A model generated the notes under the pieces. The model saw only the letters and a program-made list of their open reading frames with translations. It was not told the origin of the DNA and searched no databases. Made by a program: the position numbers and the translations under genes. A DNA stretch of 64,000 nucleotides from Planctomycetota bacterium. Lineage in GTDB: Bacteria > Planctomycetota > UBA8108 > SXIK01. Where the stretch lies: the NCBI GenBank assembly GCA_965223265.1, contig OZ244999.1, positions 4,800,001-4,864,000 on the forward strand. Reading direction: 5' to 3'. How positions within the stretch are numbered: position 1 is the stretch's first letter; each line of letters starts with the position of its first letter. Shown one piece after another: positions 58,643-64,000 of this stretch.

Positions 58643-59899
58643 ATGAAGACAGAGTCGACGAAACAGTATCTCACGGCTGCCCAGGCGTCGGCGGAACTGG
58701 GCATCGCGCGCGAGACACTGTATGCCTACGTCAGTCGCGGCTGGATCCGCTCCGAGGCGACCGCGGGGCCGTCGCGCGCTCGCCGCTACCGTGCCTCGGA
58801 CGTGGCGGCGCTCAAGCGGCGCAAGACACTCAGACGTCACCCCGAAGAGGCAGCACGCGCGGCGCTGCACTTCGGTGACTCGGTTCTCGACTCCGGCATC
58901 ACGCTCATTGACTCGGGCAACCTCTACTATCGCGGCGAAGACGCCATTGTCCTTGCCACAACGTATGACTTCGAAGACGTCGCCGCTCTTCTTTGGAACG
59001 TCCCGAACACCGATGGCCAGCTCTTCGACGGCGCCGACGATAACAGTGAGGACGATACCATTGAGCGGCATCTTCAAGCCGTGCGGTCGGCAGCCGACGT
59101 CGGGCATTCCGAGCTGTCGCCGCTCGAGGTCCTGCAGCTTCTTCTGCCACTCGACGCCGCCAGCCATCTGCCGGCCTACAACCTGACGCGCGACGCCGTG
59201 GCTCGCACCGGCGTCCGACTCCTTCACTGCATGTGCACAGCAGCCACGGGCGCGTGGCCGCGCTACAGCATCGCGGAGTCACTCCAACGCGCTTGGCTTC
59301 CAGACGCTGTCGACGCGACTCGCATCTTCAATAGCGTCTTGATTCTCTGCGCCGATCATGAACTGAACGTATCGACGTTCGCGGCACGCTGCGTCGCTTC
59401 GGCAGGGGCCCCGCCTCACGCTGCGGTGCAGGCAGGCGTCGCGGCAATGCAAGGGCCACGCCATGGCGGTGCCTCTCGCCGGGTCGAAGCTTTCTTCGAC
59501 GAAGCCAGAGACGACCCCGAGCGAGTCGTCCACGACAGACTGCGACGCGGCGAGACGCTGCCGGGCTTCGCGCATCCACTTTACCCGGGCGGCGACCCGC
59601 GCGGCGCCTGCGTCATGGAGCTGGTCGCCAAAACTCTCGCCGAACACGCCGCGGCGCAGAGAGCTCTCAAAATCGCGGCGATCGTCGAAGCCAGCGTCGG
59701 CCTGCGCCCCAACATCGACTTCGGCCTGGTAACGGTTGCCGAGGCGCTCGAGCTGCCGCGCGGCACGGCGCTCACGCTCTTCTCCCTCGGTCGCATCGCC
59801 GGCTGGGTCGCGCACATCATGGAACAGTACGACGCCGGCAGAATGATTCGGCCACGGGCCCGCTATATCGGTCCGAGTCCCGCCGTCAGCAGCTCATGA
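58643..59899 (+). CDS. HTH-citrate synthase family fusion protein
   Basis: YLTAAQASAELGIARETLYAYVSRG (HTH_17-like) followed by DHELNVSTF, GPRHGGA, PGFAHPLY..GDPR, PNIDFG, IRPRARY. Confidence 0.85.
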   Translation: MKTESTKQYLTAAQASAELGIARETLYAYVSRGWIRSEATAGPSRARRYRASDVAALKRRKTLRRHPEEAARAALHFGDSVLDSGITLIDSGNLYYRGEDAIVLATTYDFEDVAALLWNVPNTDGQLFDGADDNSEDDTIERHLQAVRSAADVGHSELSPLEVLQLLLPLDAASHLPAYNLTRDAVARTGVRLLHCMCTAATGAWPRYSIAESLQRAWLPDAVDATRIFNSVLILCADHELNVSTFAARCVASAGAPPHAAVQAGVAAMQGPRHGGASRRVEAFFDEARDDPERVVHDRLRRGETLPGFAHPLYPGGDPRGACVMELVAKTLAEHAAAQRALKIAAIVEASVGLRPNIDFGLVTVAEALELPRGTALTLFSLGRIAGWVAHIMEQYDAGRMIRPRARYIGPSPAVSSS

Positions 59900-59924
59900 C
59901 GGCTGACGGGGGAACACTCCACCG

Positions 59925-60278
59925 TCACGACCACTGGCGAAAGATCACGCACACGGTGGTCTGATCGAGGACCGCAAACTCTTTCGCGCCCCACGGCTTC
60001 TCACTCACCTGACGGGAGTTGGGATGGAGCATCTCAGGTCGCTTGGAGGCGACCTCCGCGTAGATCGCCTCGATGTCATCCGTCTCGATCGCGATCTCCG
60101 GGCGGTCTTTGGCAGCGAACTGCGCATCCTCAACGAGGTAGGCCTTGGCTCCGTCCCTTTCGACGACCGCGAGGTTCCCGTCGCGATGGACCACCGTGAA
60201 ACCGAGACAATCGACGAACAGGTCGAAGGCATCGTCCATCTTGTCGAAAAAGAGCTTTGGAATCAGTTTGGTCAACAT
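59925..60278 (-). CDS. VOC/glyoxalase family protein
   Basis: LGF, IETDDIEAIY, KPWGAKEFAVLD. Confidence 0.8.
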   Translation of the reverse strand: MLTKLIPKLFFDKMDDAFDLFVDCLGFTVVHRDGNLAVVERDGAKAYLVEDAQFAAKDRPEIAIETDDIEAIYAEVASKRPEMLHPNSRQVSEKPWGAKEFAVLDQTTVCVIFRQWS

Positions 60279-60352
60279 GGCTCACTTCGCCTTTGCGATC
60301 GACGGGATTCTAGCTCGAGTTTGGCCATTTCGCACCGACCTGGCCGGACGAG

Positions 60353-60446
60353 TTTGCGGGGATTCGAAGGCCTTTTGGACTTTTTTCTACCCTGAGAATC
60401 CTTGTGCCTGTTGAAAAACTCCTGTCCGGGCCTTCGAGGAACGCAA
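60353..60446. repeat. Imperfect ~95-bp intergenic palindrome
   Basis: TTGCG..TCGAAGGCC..GGAC..TTTTTC pairs with GAAAAA..GTCC..GGCCTTCGA..CGCAA. Confidence 0.5.
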
Positions 60447-60552
60447 GGAGCGCCAATGCCCGCGACCGTCCTCCGCCACAATCGAGGCAGGATTGCGTTG
60501 TCGTCGCTCCTTGGCCTCGACGCGAAACGGCCAAACGCCAGTATAGAGAGGG

Positions 60553-60912
60553 TCATCCACTCCGCCCAAATGCCGTTTGGATCAACTCAACCTCTTGGGC
60601 ATCCATGAAGATCTGCCAGTGGACTGGCTGCTGCTGAGGTGATCCGTCTGACCGCGGATTCACCAGTCGTGTTCTGATGACACCCTTGACCAAAATCCGA
60701 GCTCCGGGCTCGCAACTCTGGACGGCTTCTCCGGACAAGTTGAAAGCCCCTGTCGCCCCATCGAGATCGAGCACAAACGGGAAGACAGATTTTCCGCCAG
60801 GCTGTCGAATGGTTCCTGAAAGTGTCTGAAGTTCGTCAGTCGTCGTCGGGCTTTTGGCGGAGCACGAAAGTGCCGCGAGTCCGAAGAGCATCACCAGTAT
60901 AGACTTGTTCAT
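60553..60912 (-). CDS. Hypothetical lipoprotein
   Basis: RBS GGAGG; MNKSILVMLFGLAALSC lipobox. Confidence 0.6.
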   Translation of the reverse strand: MNKSILVMLFGLAALSCSAKSPTTTDELQTLSGTIRQPGGKSVFPFVLDLDGATGAFNLSGEAVQSCEPGARILVKGVIRTRLVNPRSDGSPQQQPVHWQIFMDAQEVELIQTAFGRSG

Positions 60913-61023
60913 GTATGCCTCCGTCGTGCCGAAAAACCACAGAATAGCCTCAGCAAAAGTTCATGTCACACATCCAATTCGCAGGGCTGTTGCCCGTCAC
61001 CGGCGCAGAAGCTCGTCGAAGCG

Positions 61024-62697
61024 TCACCACCGCAGAAGCTCGCCGAGCGAGAACTTCTCGAAGACGACGTCGGCGCGGCTGCCCTCGTAGACGAGGCCAA
61101 CGTGCTGCTCATCGACTCGCGTGATGCTTGGGTAGCCACGCCCGCGCCCGACGTCGAGGAGCAAGCGATACTTCTCGGGCCAAGTCTTGCCTTCGTCGAA
61201 GCTGACCTGAATCGTGTGATGATGGCGGCCATCCTTGGCTTGCGGGTTTGCGAAGAGGAGCACCGACTTGGCAGAACCGCCCTCCTCGTAGTCGAAGCGG
61301 TAGAGGCTGCCGTTACAGCCTGGCTCGATCAGCGTGTTGAGATGCGTGGCGTGCGGCTTCCACGTCGCACCGCAGTTGGCGGTCACGTAGACACCTCGAT
61401 ATCCCGACTTGGTGTCCGTGCGCATGTTGAGCATCAGCGAGCCATCTTTGAGCTCCACGGCTTGGCACTCGTTTCCATCGCTAAAGGCCGGCGCCGACAC
61501 GGTCCAAGACACCCCATGATCGCTGCTATACATGATGTTCGCGAACGGTCGTCCCGTCGCGTCGCGCCCCTCGGTCGGCATGACGAGCGTTCCATCGCTG
61601 AGCGCAATGCCTTGGCTTGGCGACGGTGCGAAGAGCCACCATTCGGGCTTTTTGAGCTTGCGCGTCAGATTCTCGGGCGGCGACCACGTCAGGCCGTCGT
61701 CGCTCGACCTGACCATGAGGAACTGTGCCGACTTGCCGATTTCGAAGCCAGGCTCCGAACCGTCGCCTACCCACTGATGCTTGCCGGGCTTGCCCCACAT
61801 CCACACTGCGAAGCAGAAGATTTCTCCAGTCGCTGGGTCGACGACGATGCCCGGATCGCTGCAACCGTTCTGTTCTTCGGGCAGCTTCCCCCACGTGCCC
61901 ATGTCCATGATGACCCGCGGTGCCTCCCACGTCTGACCGCCGTCAACGCTGCGGCTAAGGCCAATGTCAATATCCTCCTGGAGGTCGCGCGACTTGCGCC
62001 GTCGCATGTCGTAGACCGCAAGCAGGCTTCCTTTCTTGGTCGTGGTGAGCGCCGGAATACGGTAGGTGTGCACGCCGTCGTCGTAGTGACGCCGTAGCGC
62101 CACCCCGATGCGCTTGCGCACTCCCGGTGTCGAATCCTTCGCGCTGAGCTCTCCGGACGTCGTCACGAACGAAGTACACTCCGCGTCCACCTTGTGCGTC
62201 AGGTTCGCCGTCGGCTTCAAGCGACACGAGAGCCAAAAGGCGTGACGTCCCGGTCGTAGCTCGTAGCTGGTTTGAAACGTAATGCTCCGGGCCGGCGGCT
62301 GCGGCTCGCCGAGTCGCCTCTGCGTCGAGAATCCCTCCTCGTTGCCGGTCGCAAACAGCGTCAAGGCATCGACGTCGCCGAGGTCATCCGTCCCGTCGAG
62401 CGAAAACGTCAGCGAAGTCACACGCAGTCCGAGCCGCCTCGCACCGATCTCGCAGGTGAGTCGAAGGAGCGGATTGTGCGCATTTCGGATGAGGACTGGA
62501 TGAACACGCTGCGACGACGTGAGCTGGCCCGGGTCTTCAGCGCCAAACGCCGGGTGCAGCGGTGCCAGGAGCACCGTTAGACCGATCAGGACTCGCCACG
62601 CGCACCACCGCGACCGATTCGTCCGCCGGACGCTGCTCGAACCCATCCAATACTCGCCGCCGCCCCACCCGCTCGCCCTTTCGCTCAAGTTTCTCAT
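61024..62697 (-). CDS. Exo-alpha-sialidase (GH33)
   Basis: YRIP motif, Asp boxes (SVDGGQTW, SDDGLTW, SSDHGVSW, SFDEGKTW), NEC, LNMR, GY.S, LVYE. Confidence 0.9.
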   Translation of the reverse strand: MRNLSERASGWGGGEYWMGSSSVRRTNRSRWCAWRVLIGLTVLLAPLHPAFGAEDPGQLTSSQRVHPVLIRNAHNPLLRLTCEIGARRLGLRVTSLTFSLDGTDDLGDVDALTLFATGNEEGFSTQRRLGEPQPPARSITFQTSYELRPGRHAFWLSCRLKPTANLTHKVDAECTSFVTTSGELSAKDSTPGVRKRIGVALRRHYDDGVHTYRIPALTTTKKGSLLAVYDMRRRKSRDLQEDIDIGLSRSVDGGQTWEAPRVIMDMGTWGKLPEEQNGCSDPGIVVDPATGEIFCFAVWMWGKPGKHQWVGDGSEPGFEIGKSAQFLMVRSSDDGLTWSPPENLTRKLKKPEWWLFAPSPSQGIALSDGTLVMPTEGRDATGRPFANIMYSSDHGVSWTVSAPAFSDGNECQAVELKDGSLMLNMRTDTKSGYRGVYVTANCGATWKPHATHLNTLIEPGCNGSLYRFDYEEGGSAKSVLLFANPQAKDGRHHHTIQVSFDEGKTWPEKYRLLLDVGRGRGYPSITRVDEQHVGLVYEGSRADVVFEKFSLGELLRW

Positions 62698-62910
62698 GTG
62701 CCCTTCCTGTCCTCTCGATGAGCCAGGGAGAGCTCAACGCGGGACACAACGCAACGCGTCCCGCTTTGTTCGCGTCGATGCACGCAACTCCGCCTGCCTC
62801 CAGCCGCGTTCAGTGTGAACAGGAAGCTGAGGAGAAGCAACCCTACCGCCGCCGGTTTCATGGGCTCGTCCGCCATATCCCCTGGCACCGATCACCGGCG
62901 GCAGCAGGGA

Positions 62911-63468
62911 TCACTGTGTCGTCTCGCGGGCGTTTAGGTATTCCTTCGCCCGCGCTTCATACGCCGGCAGCTTGAGTCCGACGGTCTTCGCCTCGGCCAG
63001 TGCATCCTCGTACGCCAATCCATCGTCGGCAACGCGGTGCACTAGCCAGACCGCGCCGACACGGTTGGCTGATGCGCAGTGCAGAAGGACAGGCTTTTTG
63101 TCCGGATCGTTGAGGAGCGCTCGCGCCCGATCGAACACCTCCGGCGTCAGTTCAGAGGGGGACTTGAACGGCAGGCTGTGGTACTCGAGGCCGAGATCGC
63201 GCACGACCTTCTCTTCGTCCCAGTCGAGTTCTTCTGGCTTGCGAAGATTGATCACCGTTTTGATGCCGCCCTCCTTGGCCTGCGCAAAGTCCGCCGCCTG
63301 TGGCTGACTCGCGAGGAATATTCCGCCCTGCGTGTGAAGTTTCTGCACCTGACCGCACTCATACGGCTCCAATTCATCGGAGACAAAGGCGCGGTGCCCC
63401 GAACCGGAGCACGAACCGAGCAGAGCCGCCGCAGCGAAAACACTCACAACCGTCAAGAAACTTCGCAT
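62911..63468 (-). CDS. Lipoprotein with PTP-like (DUF442/BLH) domain
   Basis: LLGSC lipobox after RBS GGAGGA; GIKTVINLR, PVLLHCASANRVG (CX5R motif). Confidence 0.82.
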   Translation of the reverse strand: MRSFLTVVSVFAAAALLGSCSGSGHRAFVSDELEPYECGQVQKLHTQGGIFLASQPQAADFAQAKEGGIKTVINLRKPEELDWDEEKVVRDLGLEYHSLPFKSPSELTPEVFDRARALLNDPDKKPVLLHCASANRVGAVWLVHRVADDGLAYEDALAEAKTVGLKLPAYEARAKEYLNARETTQ

Positions 63469-63485
63469 CGTCGATCCTCCGATAG

Positions 63486-63664
63486 CAGCCCGCCTGAAAA
63501 AGTCATTCGGCTGAGAAACCGGCCTCTTCACGCCCAGATCAGCCGCGGCGAGCCTCGCCGTGTAGATCTTATAGAAGAGGGCTCGGAGATTACCTGCGTT
63601 CGCCGCGGCCGATCTGGACGCGAAGCGGCCAGTTTTCAGCTCGAAGCACTTTTTCAACGGGCTG
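63486..63664. repeat. 179-bp imperfect palindrome (MITE-like)
   Basis: Arm CAGCCCGCCTGAAAAAGT...CCAGATCAGCCGCGGCGA pairs with TCGCCGCGGCCGATCTGG...ACTTTTTCAACGGGCTG. Confidence 0.7.
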
Positions 63665-63836
63665 GGTCTCTCATCATCCAGAAGGGTTGCACCTTCTGGT
63701 CTTGGTCGCGAACCGTTGTCCACCGACGCACGGTGCGCACGCGCCCGCCGACCACGTCCATCGCGGCCACCACCGTAAAAGCAAATCACGTACCACTTCC
63801 GACGCAGACGATCCTCGAATTCCAAGGCGCAAGGAA

Positions 63837-64000
63837 TCAAATCGGGCAGACGAGATTGCCGAGCTTCTCGGTGAGCTTCATGTTCTCCGAGTAGTCCACC
63901 GGGCAATCGATGATGACCACGGTGTCATCGGCGATCGCCTGCCGCAAGGTCGGGACCAAGTCGGCAGCACGTTCCACCCGGTAGCCCTTGGCGCCAAAGC
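63837..64000 (-). CDS. Acetolactate synthase large subunit, C-terminal fragment (runs off the right edge)
   Basis: Manual translation FGAKGYRVERAADLVPTLRQAIADDTVVIIDCPVDYSENMKLTEKLGNLVCPI*. Confidence 0.8.
   Translation of the reverse strand, partial: FGAKGYRVERAADLVPTLRQAIADDTVVIIDCPVDYSENMKLTEKLGNLVCPI

Overview
High-GC 64 kb window, most likely from a Planctomycetota genome (DUF1501 and DUF1549/DUF1553 proteins, Tat-exported Gfo/Idh/MocA oxidoreductases, DUF1080, five dockerin-bearing secreted proteins; taxonomy is inference). Main contents: (1) a sigma54/RtcR-controlled rtcA-rtcB RNA-repair operon with a visible UAS and a highly structured leader, followed by a SWIM-SNF2 helicase; (2) an ~11 kb divergent multiheme cytochrome locus (six cytochromes, about 59 heme-binding motifs counted by eye, an outer-membrane beta-barrel, a NapC/ImcH-like membrane cytochrome, an MtrC/OmcA-like decaheme and a truncated hemoglobin) that looks like a complete extracellular electron transfer conduit; (3) a CRISPR-like but non-CRISPR array of seven identical 43-bp GTAG-type REP units separated by unique spacers built only of hexamer variants, with dispersed copies of the same REP elsewhere; (4) a perfect 134-bp inverted duplication of an oxidoreductase 3' region bracketing a GNAT gene, which could invert and swap the enzyme's C-terminus; (5) catabolic genes (hydroxylysine kinase/phospho-lyase-like pair, sialidase, ceramidase-like protein, esterases, divergent citrate synthase pair). 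All calls come from reading motifs by eye; no database searches were run. No tRNA, rRNA, cas or transposase gene was recognised.
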